Positions 37,480 to 50,654 of a DNA stretch of 64,000 nucleotides are shown one piece after another. Position 1 is the stretch's first letter. Each line of letters opens with the position of its first letter. Under the pieces are notes generated by a model. It searched no databases, was not told the origin of the DNA, and saw only the letters and a list, made by a program, of their open reading frames with translations. A program made the translations under genes and the position numbers. Source of the DNA: Pristiophorus japonicus (Eukaryota); contig NC_091990.1 in NCBI RefSeq assembly GCF_044704955.1, positions 176,886,001 to 176,950,000 of the forward strand, given 5' to 3'.

Positions 37480-39775
37480 GGCCGTCAGGGTAGCAGCCCC
37501 CTAGGGAGCTCCCCTGCTAAACAGATCCTCGACAACTTTTCACCCTCGACCTCCCCCCTCCCACTGTCTAAACTTCCCAAGCCCCAGCCCTAGCCCTAAT
37601 CTACCCTAATAGGGGGTCTTAAACACTTAAATACCCACTCTAACCCCAACCGCGCGAATCCCAAAGTTTGGGCCTACCTCAGGCCTCCCGCCACACCGTA
37701 CATTGGCAACTCGGCGCAACCTGGGCCTCCTGGCTGGACCTCCTGCGGTGACCCGACGCGACCTGGGCCTCCCGGCTGGACCTCCTGCAGCGACTCGACG
37801 TGACCTGGGCCTCCAGGCTGGAGCTCCTGCGACGACTGGACGACTCGGCGTGACCTGGGCCTCCCGGCTGGATCTCCTGCAGCAACTCGACATGACCTGG
37901 GTCTTCCGGCTGGACCTCCTGCGGCAACTCGGCATGACCTGGGCCTCCTGGCTGGACTTGGCTATCGGCCCCCCCCCCGCCCCCTCCCATCTGCACCTCT
38001 CCTTCCCCACTGATGGCCTGGTCTCCTCTCCTCCTCCTCCAGCACGTGGTGAGTACAATGGCTGTGACCCCCCTGTCCCCCCATTCTGAACCCCGGTGCC
38101 TGCCCCCAACCAAGCCTTGGACCACTTACCATCAACAGCGCTACCCAGTGCCGTGCCTGCGGCCAACATCTCGCCATAGGCAACTAGGCCTATACAGCAG
38201 TGCCTGGTCTCCAGTAGTCTTGGACTCCCTTGCCACTGGACCAAGACCTTGCTCAGCTTAGCCCATGTGGTGGCCGGTGTGCAACGACCACCCCATGTTA
38301 AAAGAAATCACGCACAGGCATCTTCCACATCTCTAACATGAAGTTTGGGACCTGGGACGTCAGGACCCTCATGGACAACCCCAACAGTGACAGACCGGAA
38401 CGCCGCACCGCCATAATTGCCCGGGAACTTAGACGCTTTGATATCGACATCGCCGCCCTAAGCGAGACCCGGTGGGCAGGGGAAGGCCAATTCAAGGAAC
38501 AAGGTGGAAGTTACACCTTCTTCTGGAAAGGGAAACCAGAGGCAGAACGCCGCCTCCATGGAGTCGGCTTCGCCACCAAAAACGAGCTGGTCAACCGCCT
38601 CAAAGACTCCCCCTGTGGGGCTAATGAATGCCTCATGACTCTTCGACTCACCCTATCCTGGAACCAGTGCGCCACAGTCATCAGTGCTTATGCTCCAACA
38701 CTCGATGCAACAGATGAGGCCAAAGAGGGTTTTTACTCCAACCTCGAAAAATCCCTAACCTGCGTCCCCACAGGCGACAAACTGATCCTCCTCGGCGACT
38801 TCAATGCCAGAGTCGGCAAGGACACAGACCTCCGGGGAGGTGTGATTGGCAGAGAGGGGGTAGGGAAAGCCAACTCCAACAGTACCCTACTCCTGACAAA
38901 ATGTCTAGAGCATGAACTTGTCATCACCAACACCTTGCTCCGACAGAGGGACAAATACAAGGCATCGTGGCAACACCCTCGCTCCAAACACTGGCACCTG
39001 CTCGACTATGTCATCGTCCGAGCCAGGGATCTCAAGGATGTACGCATCACCCGTGCCATGACAGGCGCTGATGACTGCTGGACGGATCAGCGCCTAATCC
39101 GATCCATCATTGACATCAACGTAGCCCCAAAGCAAAGGGGGCAGCAGAAGCAGTGTCGCAAAAAAGTCAATGCCAGGCCACTTAAGGACCCAGCTAAGAG
39201 AGCCCTTTACAGTCAGCGCCTCACAGCTAACCTGGCGTGCCTTGATGACCCCGAGACGCAGAATGCCCAAAGTGCTTGGTCTGTCCTCCAGGCCTCCATA
39301 ACCAGTGCCTGCAAAGAAACATTCAGTCACTCAACCAGGAAACACCAGGACTGGTTTGATGGAATGATCAGGAGATTCAAGCGCAGGGCATTTCTGAGCC
39401 TTAAACAGCAACCCAACTCGGGAGCAGCAAAGCAGCATTACAGACGGCTAAAGGCTAAGGTCCAACAAAAAACCTGGGACCTAAAGAACAGGTAGTGGAT
39501 GGAGAAAGCACAGGAGATACAGCAGCTGGCCGACAGCCATAATATGCGAGGATTCTTCATCACAGTCAAGGCCATCTACAGTCCAAACACCCAAGGCCCC
39601 ACCCTGCTGCTGGCCAAGAACAGGGAAATACTCATCAAGGACACTGAGGCAGTCAGGGCCCACTGGAAGGAGCACTTTGAAGATCTCCTCAATCGAGATT
39701 CTACCTTTGACTCGAGTGTTCTTGACTCCAATCCGCAGCATGCTACCCGCCACCACCTCAGTGCAACCCCGACAC
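37480..39775 (+). mobile_element. RTE LINE 5' half (long GC-rich 5' region and APE endonuclease ORF 38338-39495); 3' half deleted
   Basis: GTWDVRTL, ALSETR, ISAYAPT, LLGDFNARVG, LDYVIVR. Confidence 0.9.
37705..37960 (+). repeat. 42-bp GC-rich tandem repeat (6 copies) upstream of the RTE ORF
   Basis: cctgggcctcc recurs at 37720, 37762, 37804, 37854, 37896 and 37938. Confidence 0.88.
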
Positions 39776-40336
39776 TACAGTTATACAAGATATTGGTGAG
39801 GCCACACCTGGAGTACTGCGTGTAGTTTTGGTTTACATATTTACGAAAGGATATACTTGCTTTGGAGGCAGTTCAGAGAAGGTTCACTAGGTTGTTTCCG
39901 AGGATGAGGGGTTTGACTTATCAGGAAAGATTGAGTAGGTTGGGCCTCTACTCATTGGAATTCAGAAGAATGAGAGATGATCTTATCAAAACATATAAGA
40001 TTATGTGGGGGCTAGACAAGATGGATGCAAAGAGGATATTTCCACTGATGGGGGAGACTAGAACTAGAGGGCATGATCTTAGAATAAGGGGCCACCCATT
40101 TAAAACAGAGATGAGGAGGAATTTCTTCTCAGAGGGTTGTATGCCTCAGAGAGCTGTGAATAAATTTAAGACAGAAATAGACAGTTTCTTGAACGATAAG
40201 GGGATAAGGGGTTATGGGGAGCGGGCGGGGAAGTGGAGCTGAATCCATGATCAGATCAGCCATGATCTTATTGAATGGCGGAGCAGGCTCGAGGGGCCAA
40301 ATGGCCTACTCCTGCTCCTATTTCTTATGTTCTTAT
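39775..40336 (+). mobile_element. CR1 LINE 3' end
   Basis: LQLYKILVRPHLEY through to the tail ttcttatgttcttat. Confidence 0.92.
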
Positions 40337-40656
40337 AAAGAGCTGGGCCGGAAGACACCTGGGGCGCAAAAAACCCAAAAAGCCACAAAAACATTTCCAA
40401 AGCATTGCCCACGCCAGCACAACACAAATTGCAAAAGAAATTAAAACAAAAAACAACCACATCTACCTTAATAGTCCATTACTTACCTCTCCGCTGTTGG
40501 TATCGTTGGGCAGCCTGATTTCGCAGGTGTTCACTGCGGGTTGGGCAAGAGTCAAAACTTGCGCCGGTATCGCAATCAAGAATGTTGCGCACCGGCGCAG
40601 CTCTTCCAGGCAGTGCTGCTCCACGCCACCGCAAAACTGGATCCGAGGATCGCTGC

Positions 40657-41310
40657 ATCATCATCATCATCATCATAGGCGGTCCCTCGAAACGAGGATG
40701 ACTTGCTTCCACGCCAAAAAAAGGATGAGTTCACAGGTGCTTCGAATGAAGGACCCGAACGACATCCTCAAGGGTGGAAGATGCCTGTGCGTGGATTTTT
40801 TTAACATGTGGTGACCGTTGCACACCAGCCACCACACACGGGCTTGACAGAGCCAGGTCTTGGCCCAGTAGCAAGGATTACCCAAGACGACTGGAGACCA
40901 GCTTTGCTGCACGCACCTAGTGCGCACACATATCGCAGTGTGGGCTGGCCTGTGCTGCCCCTGGGCCCCTGGCCCCGAACTCACGCTTCTCCTGGGCCCT
41001 GATCACATCCTTCCACAGTCTCTCGCCGCCCCATCGCCCCGACCTCGCCACTCCTGCTGTATCTGCCCACACTCCCATACCGACCTGGACCTTGATGATG
41101 TCACACTTCGCTGCCGTCGCCCTCCTGCACCAGCTTGCACTGCTCCCTGAAGTGGCATGCCTCCATGCTGCCCATGGCCGCCGCTCGCTGCTCCTAATAT
41201 GGCCCCGACCTGCCACTGATGCTCTCTCGTAGGTCGAACACTCCCAGGGCTGCAAGGTGCTGGAGGCTGACACCCAGCAGAACACCTCACCCCTCTAGGG
41301 CAAAAAAACG
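40657..41310 (-). mobile_element. Bipartite non-autonomous RTE derivative
   Basis: (cat)n tail and homology to 30020-30410. Confidence 0.75.
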
Positions 41311-41729
41311 AGCGGAGAGGACCTGGAAATTCATCTCTCATGGTATATTTAAATGGAGACATTATGATCCTTATCTCTTTTTGAGCGATATATCAGGCTT
41401 TGAAAAAGTTAATTTACAAATTAGAGTGAGTGACTGCTGAACTGTTCAGCAACATTGCTCACTGGCAGATGAACAGCACTTTGCTCAAAGCAATGTTTTT
41501 TAATTTTAAAGCTGGTCCACAGGAAGTCTTTTGATTGCCACCTTCTTCCCCATGATAGATATATTCTGAACTGGATTTCCAGCACAAGCTGAACAATATA
41601 ACCAATGGGTGTAAAGAGAAGGTTTAATGTAAACAGAAAAATATTAAAGAATAATCTGCAAATGCTGGAAATCCAAACTGAAATAAAAACAGGATTTTAA
41701 AGATTTCCTCTTAAAGATGTGTAACAGTT

Positions 41730-43710
41730 TTTGGCACAAGATGCCAGAGAGAGGACCCCAAGGTTCCCTGACGCAGCACTGAAGGCATTATTGCAGGTGG
41801 TGGACAGGAAGAGAGAGGTCCTGCATCCACTAGGGGCCAGGAGACCCTCCACACAGACACTGTGAAGGTAGTGGGAACAGATAGCAGTGGAGGTAAATGC
41901 TGGCAGTGTTGCCACAAGTACTGGATACAGTGCCGAAAGAAATTCAATGTCCTCATATGAGTGGTCAGGATCAGTGAATGCCATATCCCATGAACTATAC
42001 CACTAGTCTCACACACAGCTCAATGCACCACACCAATATCACTCACCTACCAACAAGCTCTATCAATCATGACTTGGACCTCACATTTATAGTTCCACTC
42101 CATCCTCACACACTTACCACTGCTGCAAGCCTCACACCCACATCTACAGCTTCCACACACTGCCAGCGAAGCATACATAACAACCACATCAACCAAACAT
42201 ATTGCACAACACTCACTGACACATTTCTCTCTCTCTTGTAGGAGAAGGTGTCGCACAACCGCAGGGAGCAGTAGCTAACTTAAGGGGGACATCATCATCA
42301 TCATAGGAAGTCCCTTGAGTCGAGGATGATTTGCTTCCACGCCAAAAAGTTCACAGGTGTTTCAATAAAGGATCTAATATTCCAGCTCCAGAACTAAATA
42401 TTGAAGGATGGAAGATTTGTGAGCGTGGATTTTTTTAACATGTGGTGACCGTTGCACACCAGCCATCACATGAGCTTGACAGAGCTTGGTCTTGGTCCAG
42501 TGGCAAGGGTTATCCAAGACGACTGGAGACCAGCTGTGCTGCACAGACCTAGTGCGCACATATATCGCAGTGTAGGCTGGCCCGTGCTGTCCCTGGGCCC
42601 TTGCCTCTTCTGGGCCCCGAACTCATGTCTCTCCTTGGCCCGGTCACGTCCCTCTACAATCTCTCGTTGCTCCTTTGCCCCGACCTCACCGCTCCTGTAG
42701 TACCTACCCGCTCCCGCGCTCCAATCAGCGACCTGGATCTTGGTGACATCCAACCCAGTCGCCCTCTTCGCTGCCGTTGCTCTCCTGCTCCAGCACGTGC
42801 TGCTCCCTGGAGTGGTATGCTGCCACGCTGCTGCTGCCACACTGCTCCTTCCACTGCCCGGTCTGCTCCAATGGTGCTCGGAGGCTGGGGGCCGCGCAGA
42901 TCGCTGGACCAGGCTACCACGCTGCTCCTTTTACTCAGATGGCATGCCTGCATATCCCAACCTCGATTAAGGAGACGGTGCTTGGCATGATTGGAGCTGC
43001 CATGACTGAGCCCGTGGCCAGCGGCAGAGCTGAAACCATTGAAGATGATATTCTGATATGTTATCCTCCTTCTCACATTCCACTTCCCCCTCATCCAACA
43101 ATCCCTACTGATTTACAAACTGCACAAGGTGTAAGCAAAGGCATAAGCAAGGCAGACAGTAAGGGAATGCACAAGGGTGATTAGTTGACTTTGTTATGTA
43201 ATATTGAATGGATTGATGAGTAAAGTTGATTTGGAATATTTGTTTTGTGGTGGTTTTATTTTCGCATTGTGACCAAGAGGACGCTGTGATGGCCAATAAC
43301 AGAGGGAAAGTAAGGTGTGGGACTGTGAGTGAATGGGGAATTGGGGTTGCGTTCACTGGTACTGCAGTCAAATCAGTTGATCATGAGCAGAACAGCTAGA
43401 AAGGGGCTGTCATGGTTGCCTCCTCCCTTCCTCCTCCTCGTCCTCAGGTATTTGCCGTATATCTGGTGGCAAGACCTGTGCCCTCATGGTGGCGAGGTTG
43501 AGCAACATGCAGCAAACCACAACTAATCTTGAGACGCGCGCTGGTGAGTACAGAGGCTCCTCCAAAGTGGTCCAGACAGTGGAAGCGTAGTTTAAGTACC
43601 TCAACAGTCTGCTCGATCACATTCCATGCTGCTCACGTGTGCTGGGATTGTGCACCAGAATCCTGAGCCAGGTGGTCAGCAGATAGCCCATCACCCAGTA
43701 GCCACCCTGT
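41730..43710. mobile_element. Decayed PIF/Harbinger transposon: Myb/SANT gene (+, 41730-42290) convergent with DDE transposase C-terminus (-, ~43400-43710)
   Basis: Plus strand PRFPDAALKALL..WEQIAVEVNA..QCRKKFN with an acceptor at ~42241. Minus strand WLLGD, NVIEQTVEVLKLRFHCL, VVCCMLLN. Confidence 0.8.
42291..42940 (-). mobile_element. Bipartite non-autonomous RTE derivative inserted in the Harbinger remnant
   Basis: Same structure as 40657-41310. Confidence 0.75.
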
Positions 43711-43711
43711 G

Positions 43712-43960
43712 GTTTGTATAGCTGCAGCATAACTTCTACCCTGCTATATTCCAGTCCATTGGATATAAAGGACAGCATTCCTTGAAATAATTTCTGTACC
43801 TGTTCATGACATTTTAATGATCTATGTATTTGGACCCTCAAGTCTCTTTTGACCTCCACTGTTTTTAGCTTTTCACTATTTAGAAAGAACCCTGTTCTAT
43901 CCTTTCTAGGTCCAAAGTCAATGACCTCACATTTGCCTACTTTGAAATCCATTTGTCATA
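43712..43960 (-). mobile_element. CR1 LINE fragment
   Basis: FKVGKCEVIDFG, VMLQLYK. Confidence 0.75.
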
Positions 43961-44599
43961 GTTTTGACAATTAACTTTATCTATGTTTTTAATGTCTTTT
44001 CATTGTGGAATAATAAAGAATGAATCCTTGATTTAAATCAGATGGAAACCTCAGTAGAAAATCAATGTTAAACAATGGTCACAAGTCATTTTAAACAATT
44101 GTAAGATATAACAAAAGAACACTGAAAAATATTCCCATCTTATGAAAAGAGAACATATCTTGCACTGTGAGTTCAGTAACCAGTGAATGGCCATCAGGAA
44201 GTGATCGGTGATTCATGACACACCTGTACTTATTGAGAGGTGATCTTATCGAAACGTAGAAGATTATGAGGTGGCTTGACAAAGTGGATGTTTCCACTGA
44301 TAGGGGTGACTAGAACTAGGGGGCATGATCTTAGAATAAGGGGCCGCCCATTTGTTCCTATTTCTTATATTCTTATGTTCTTCCAAACCCCGACAAGGGA
44401 CATCGTTGGAGTGGATATCCAGAAGTCACAACACTGTCACTATTCACTTCATACCCAATAAAGCAGTATCAGTGAGGTTTTTCTCACAGAAAAAATTCAC
44501 TGACATTGCTTACATTAATTTACATTTATTAAATCATTATCGATTTTAACACGACAGAGAGAAGCTTTTGGGAATATAGCAGATCTCTTGTAGCATTGC

Positions 44600-45022
44600 T
44601 CGAGTTGAGTCACTAAGGCAGTGAGGAGAGCTATGCAGCGCGAGCCGGTTCAGAAGGGCGACGGCAGTGAAGAGGGCGACTGGATTGGATGTCACCATAA
44701 CCCAGGTCAGTGATTGGAGCATGGGCAGGTACAGCAGGAGCGGCGATGTCGGGGCGAAGGAGCAGCAAGAGATTGCAGAGCGATGTGATCGGGGCCCAGG
44801 AGAGGCGAGGGTCCAGGGGCAGCACGGGCCAGCCCACATTGCGATATGTGTGCGCACTAGGTCCGTGCAGCAGAGCTGGTCTCCAGTCATCTTGGTTAAT
44901 CCTTGCCACTGGACCAAGACCTAGCTCTGTCAAGCCCGTGTGGTGGCTGATGTGCGACGGGCATCGCACGGTAAAAAAAATTCATGCACAGGCATCTTCC
45001 ACCCTTCAACATGTAGTTCGGA
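44600..45022 (+). mobile_element. Bipartite RTE derivative split by ERV-2 (tail at 52651-52750)
   Basis: Joining 45022 to 52651 restores the sequence seen in the other copies. Confidence 0.8.
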
Positions 45023-45370
45023 TGATAGAGAATTCAAACAGGCTGCATTTAAACAGACTGTGAAAATTCACAGACCCCCAAGTCAAGGCTGCTACATGCA
45101 ATTCAGCATGTTGCATTAAGTCATCAATCAACTTGACATTTTAGGACTCATGGGTAGCGAGCCAATTAAAAGGTTAAAAGACTATTAATTGAGCCAATAA
45201 GGTCAAAGAAGGCGAGTTCTTTTCTGTAAATTGATCCAGGTATAAGTACATTTTGACCATGTGGTCCCAGAAGGTTAAAGCCAAGAACTTGTTACTGCTG
45301 TCTGCCAAAAATAAAGCAGTTAAAACTACAATCGGAGTTCATATTTCATTGGAAATTAAGAGATCTAACA
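45023..45370 (+). repeat. ERV-2 5' LTR
   Basis: TG..CA with CCAAT boxes, TATAA and AATAAA; direct repeat of 52283-52645. Confidence 0.95.
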
Positions 45371-45374
45371 ATTT

Positions 45375-45392
45375 TGGCGTCACGAACACGAT
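45375..45392 (+). other. ERV-2 primer binding site, tRNA-Ser(CGA)
   Basis: TGGCGTCACGAACACGAT, a 17/18 match to the complement of tRNA-Ser(CGA) as I recall it. Confidence 0.82.
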
Positions 45393-45645
45393 CGCTGAGG
45401 AAAGAAACTGAATTTTGGACATCGGACCTACATACTAAGGTAAGGACACCTCTTTTTTAAAAGTCCTCGGTCAAAAGTCTAAATTCGCCTCTCCTTCTAC
45501 GCGATTCCGAAAGCCTCCGGTTTGCGAACCCTCCGGTTGGTAGTCGGCTCGAGGTCCCATAGACGTCTAAACTTTGGCGGTGTGTTAGTTAATTAATCAC
45601 TGACCTATTGATCGGACTCGAGACCCCAGTAAACAAATCAGTATT

Positions 45646-47182
45646 ATGGCAGCAGGAGATAAGAGCAAAGAATTGCCTACAACTGTTAAAGGTGGGCAGG
45701 CACCACCTGAAGTTTCGCTAGATTTAATTCTCGAACAGTTGAAAGAATACATAGAGCAACAATTCAACTTATCTAAAACCTGTATTAAGATCGAACAAAA
45801 GTACGGAACCTCCAAAGGACAATGGTCCTTGGACGAGATTAAAAGGGTCTGGGGAAAAACGACGCGTATGAAAAATAAAGAGCGAACTAGATGGTCCCTA
45901 GCGGTTATGGACCAGATTCGAAAGCGGAATGAAATTATAATGCGTTCCCAACATGATCGAGAACTGACCAGTACAAAGGATCAATTGCAAGCAGTTTGTG
46001 CGCAACTGCGACAGAAAAAGCTTGAACTTGAAAAGCTGGAAGCGGAAGTTAAAGATCTTAAAGGTGAAATTAAAGAATGGAAAAAATCATTAGGTCAAGA
46101 GACAGTAATAGGAAAAGAAAAATGTATTGATCAATTCCCAGGGTACCCATGTTTGGATAAATTAAAAGCGCAAACCCGAAGACACGACCGAGGAATAGAT
46201 ACGAATTCTGAATCCTCTGACGATACAGGGTCGGAGGATGATGAATTAGGGGTGCGCTTTGCCCCGTTTAAAAAAAGATGAGTTGTAGTCAAATCAAAAG
46301 AGACTGCGGATGAGGGCGGAATCAAAAAAACAAAGAAAAGGGTGTACGAAAAATACTTAGTTCATGATCCGGCAGACCCAGAGAAAATTGATAAATGGTC
46401 CAAGGAATTGCCCAATCCAAAGAAAGGGGGAGTAAAAACGTGGGACCAATTGGGCCGCTTAAGAAATATATATCAACTTCATCCCTGGGACGGAGTGCAA
46501 ATTTTGACCATAATGGTGCCAAAAACACAGGGAAGAAAATTGCACGACAAGGTAGAAGAAGCTTTGGGGCAGGATGAGCAAGATTTAGATGCAGGATGGG
46601 AGGCGATTAAAGCTAAGACAGACTGGGGAAAAATTGCAGCCTGCTATCAGAAAGGAACAGGAGGTCCTGGAGTATGACGAGCAGTTTAGATGCACGTGGC
46701 TAGAACATTCGGGTATGAATAATACGGATGAGGAAATGGATGAACAAGTGTTTGGACCCCTGAAAGCAGCTTTCGTGGCAGGTCTAAAGCCAGAACTGTC
46801 CAAAATGCTGAAGGTAGTGTTACCGGACTGGGAAGGTAGAGGAACTACCTTTGCAGCATTGGTGGATCGATGTAACCAAATAGATCGGGATATGGGAGCT
46901 AAAGTCCGAGCTGTACAGGCTATGGGATGGAAATCCCAGGATCCCGATAAACAGTTATTTGGAAAATTACCCGGAAAATGTCATTATTGTGGGAAAGAAG
47001 GTCACTGGGCCAAGACGTGCAGGGCAAAACAGAAAGGTCGTGGCTGGGGAAGAGGACGCCGCCAGGGATACAATGCAGCCAACAAGCCAGGCTTGTCACA
47101 AGATAACGATCTCATAGAAGCATTTAAGCAACTGACAATACATCAACAGAAGGAGTTACTTGGGATAGCAAAAAACGATTAG
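45646..47182 (+). pseudogene. gag: ERV-2 gag (coiled-coil region, single CCHC knuckle), disrupted
   Basis: ORFs 45646-46281, 46342-46677 and 46589-47182; CHYCGKEGHWAKTC. Confidence 0.88.
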
Positions 47183-47256
47183 AGCCCACCCTGGCCTCCC
47201 TCCTCGCACTAATACAACAAAGGGGAGATGGGCTATATATAACTGTGAGGGTGGGC
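47170..47256 (+). promoter_or_regulatory. Putative -1 ribosomal frameshift signal (A AAA AAC + downstream stem)
   Basis: Heptamer at 47170-47176 in the gag frame; 7-nt spacer; GCCCACCCT (47184-92) complementary to AGGGTGGGC (47248-56); the -1 frame is open into LLDTGA. Confidence 0.78.
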
Positions 47257-50200
47257 GATAAGGATGTGGACTGTCTTTTAGACACAGGGGCAGAATTAAC
47301 ATGCTTACCCCTACAATATGGAGACTTTTTGCCGTTGGATGGTAGGGCACGTACAGCCTATGGAGTTGGGGACCATAAAATGGAAATTAAAAGGACAACA
47401 CCGGTACTTATAGGGCTGGGTCCACATGAACTAACCACGCCAGTCTGGATAGGTCCAGTAGATCAACCCCTTTTGGGAATGGACGTTCTAATCCAAGTAG
47501 ATTCATCATTGCATTTCGAGGATGGTCGGGTGACATGGTCAATTAGAACTTTGAAGAAAGAAGAATTGAAGGAACACCCGATATGGGCTAAAGATAAGAA
47601 CGATTGTGGCGTACTCCAAATGAAGCCTGCGTCATTTACAGGGACCAAGCCTCCATGCACTAAACAGTATCCCATCAGTCCAACTGCCATCGCGGAAATC
47701 TTACCAGTTATTCAGCAATTGGAGAAAAAAGGGGTGCTTATTAAAACGCATAGCTCCTCCAATAGCCCCGTGTGGCCGGTACAGAAATCTAATGAGTCTT
47801 GGCGTTTGACTGTCGATTATAGGAAAGCTAACCAGTGTATTGATCAAAAAGCTCCTTTGGTCGCAGATCCCTCCATTTTTAATGCCCTCAAACCGGAACA
47901 TAAATATTTTTCGGTTATAGATATGGCCAACGGATTTTGGTCGGTGCCTCTGGCACCGGAGGTTCGACAGTGGTTTGCTTTCACGGTCCAAGGACAACAG
48001 TATACTTGGACCCGGTTACCGCAGGGTTTCCACAACAGCCCTACGGTATTCCACATGGCTTTACAAAGCCATTTGCGAGAATTACCTCCCCTGTCATCCA
48101 GTCATCCAATATGTAGACAATATCCTGCTAGCTTCAAACACGGAAGAACAGCATGAACCAGATTTACGAGCTTTGCTGGATCACCTTCGGCTGAAAGGAC
48201 ATAAAGCCAGCATCGACAAAGCACAAATATCCCAAGAAGAGGTTGTATACCTGGGACAAAAGATTTCACAAGGAAAGAGAGAACTTACCCAGGATAGAAC
48301 TGCAGCCATTCGGGCTGCTAAAAAACCCACCACTATTCAGGAACTAAGGTCTTTTTTGGGATTGTGTAACTTTAACAGAAATTGGATTCACTCCTTCACA
48401 CAGCTTGCTCAGCCATTGAATGATATTTTAAAGGGGAAACGTGCCTCTAAAGAAGCCATCACCCTCACAAAAAAACAGCAAGAGGCCTTCCTGAGTTTGA
48501 AAAAGGCTTTGTGTTCGGCACCGGCTCTGGGAATCCCCGACAGTGGTAAGCCATTTACCCTGTTTGTACATGAGAAAGAAGGATATATGACAGCTATACT
48601 GACACAAGCACATGGGGATCGGCAAAGGCCTATTGGCTATTATTCGGCAAAACTGGATGCGGTAGCCCTCGGATGGGGAAGTTGCCTAAGGGCCATGGAA
48701 GCTACATGTCGAGCGGTAATGACCACTGCGGGTCTAGTCCTCGACCAAAAGCTGATTGTCAAGTGTCCCCACACCGTACACGCTTTGCTGTCTATGAATA
48801 GAATGTCTCAGGTGACAGCAGCAAGATGGACCCGATGGACAGCAGTTTTGGAAGCTCCTAATCTCCATATCGTCCGGGCCAGCCCGGTTAATCCCGCAAC
48901 TATGCTCCCGATGTCAGAATCGAGGGAGCAAGAGGGGGGAGAATGTGAAGAGCATGACTGCATGGAGATTTTAAAAGAAACAGAAGAAGCAGCCTTAGCA
49001 GCAGAGGAGCCTCTGCACAACCCAGACCTCATCCTGTTTACAGATGGTTCCTCCTTTGTTGACAATGGTACCAGAAAAGCAGGATGGACAGTTACAACCT
49101 TATATGAGGTAGTGGCAAAAGGATGTTTACCCTCAGGAACGTCAGCACAACAGGCCGAGTTACGGGCCCTGTCAGAAGCATGTCGAATAGCAGAAGGACA
49201 GACAGCTAATGTCTACACAGATTCGCGTTATGCTTTTGGAGTCGCTCATGACTTTGGTATGTTATGGCGGAAAAGAGGATTCCTCACTGCTGCTGGTACA
49301 CCTATCCGAAATGGAAAAGAAGTCCGAGACTTACTGGAGGCCATACAATTACCTCAGGAAGTGTCCATCCTGAAGTGTAAGGCCCATACCAAAGGAAAAT
49401 ACCACAGAAGCACAGGGAAATGCCCTAGCCGACCAGGCAGCTAAAGATACCGCCTCACAGGGCGTTCCTCCAGAAGAACCAACACAGATGTGCAGATTGA
49501 AAGCATTCAGGACTCTGACACGAGACCTTCAAACAATGCAAGGCGAGTGCTCCCGAGAGTAAAAATGGACATGGATTGAGGCAGGAATTAAGCTATGCGA
49601 AGATGGTGTCTGGAGACAAAGAGTTACCGACAAGCCAGTCGCGCCACAAGCGCTTATGCCTTTTTTAGCCCAACAGATCCACTCGTGGGGACACTTGTCC
49701 TCACAACAGATGACGGCATGGTTCCAGAAAAGCTGGTGGGGTCGGGGATTTAAAAAACATGCCCAGCTGGTAACAGACCGCTGTGTGGTCTGCCAGAAAA
49801 ATAATTCTGGACCCATCACGGTAATGCCCCAATTGAGGCATGCCCCTGCATCTGCAGGTTGATTATATATCTCTTCCTTCATGCCAAAGATACACTAACA
49901 TTCTTGTCATGGTCGACAGATTCTCTAGATGGGTAGAAGCTGTCCCAACTAAAAGAGCCACAGCTAATCACACTGCAAAGGTCTTGTGTAAGGATTACAT
50001 TCCCCGATGGGGAGTCCCGAGTAGTATTGACTCAGATCAGGGAACACACTTCACAGGTGCTGTCTGCCAAGAAGTCTGTAGGTTACTGAACATTACGTGG
50101 GATTTACACTGTCCTTATCATCCACAATCATCAGGACAAGTAGAGCGAATGAATCGAACTCTGAAACAACGGCTTGCCAAATATCACCAAGAAGGAACAC

Positions 50201-50630
50201 CATGGCCCCAGGCACTACCAATAGTGCTATGCAGCATTAGGGCAACCCCGAACAGAACTACAGGTCTAAGCCCATTTGAAATTATAACAGGAAGACTCAT
50301 GTCGCTGCCAGGAACGATCGATTTACGGAAAGCTGATGTTCACTTAATGAGTGACACTCTGTTATCATACTGTCAGAACCTAATGCTATTAGTTCTGTTT
50401 CCCGACAAGTATCGGCAGCTTGGGGTAATCCACCCGAAGGAGGACACGACATCATCCCGGGAGTCTGGGTGTATGTGAAAAAGTTGCATAAAGAACCTTT
50501 AGGTGCCAAATGGGAGGGACCTTATCAAGTGTTATTGACCACCCAGGCAGCTGTTAAAGTCCAAGGAAAGAAAGCCTGGATCCACGCTTCACACGTTAAA
50601 CGAGCACCCGTAACTGAAGCTGAAATCTAA
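47170..50630 (+). pseudogene. pol: ERV-2 pro-pol, frameshifted
   Basis: LLDTGAE; LPQGFHNSP; YVDN; FTDGSS; YTDSRYAF; LQVDY, DSDQGTHFT, GQVERMN; WEGPYQV. Confidence 0.95.
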
Positions 50631-50654
50631 TAAGGACAATTACTTTTTGCGAAA

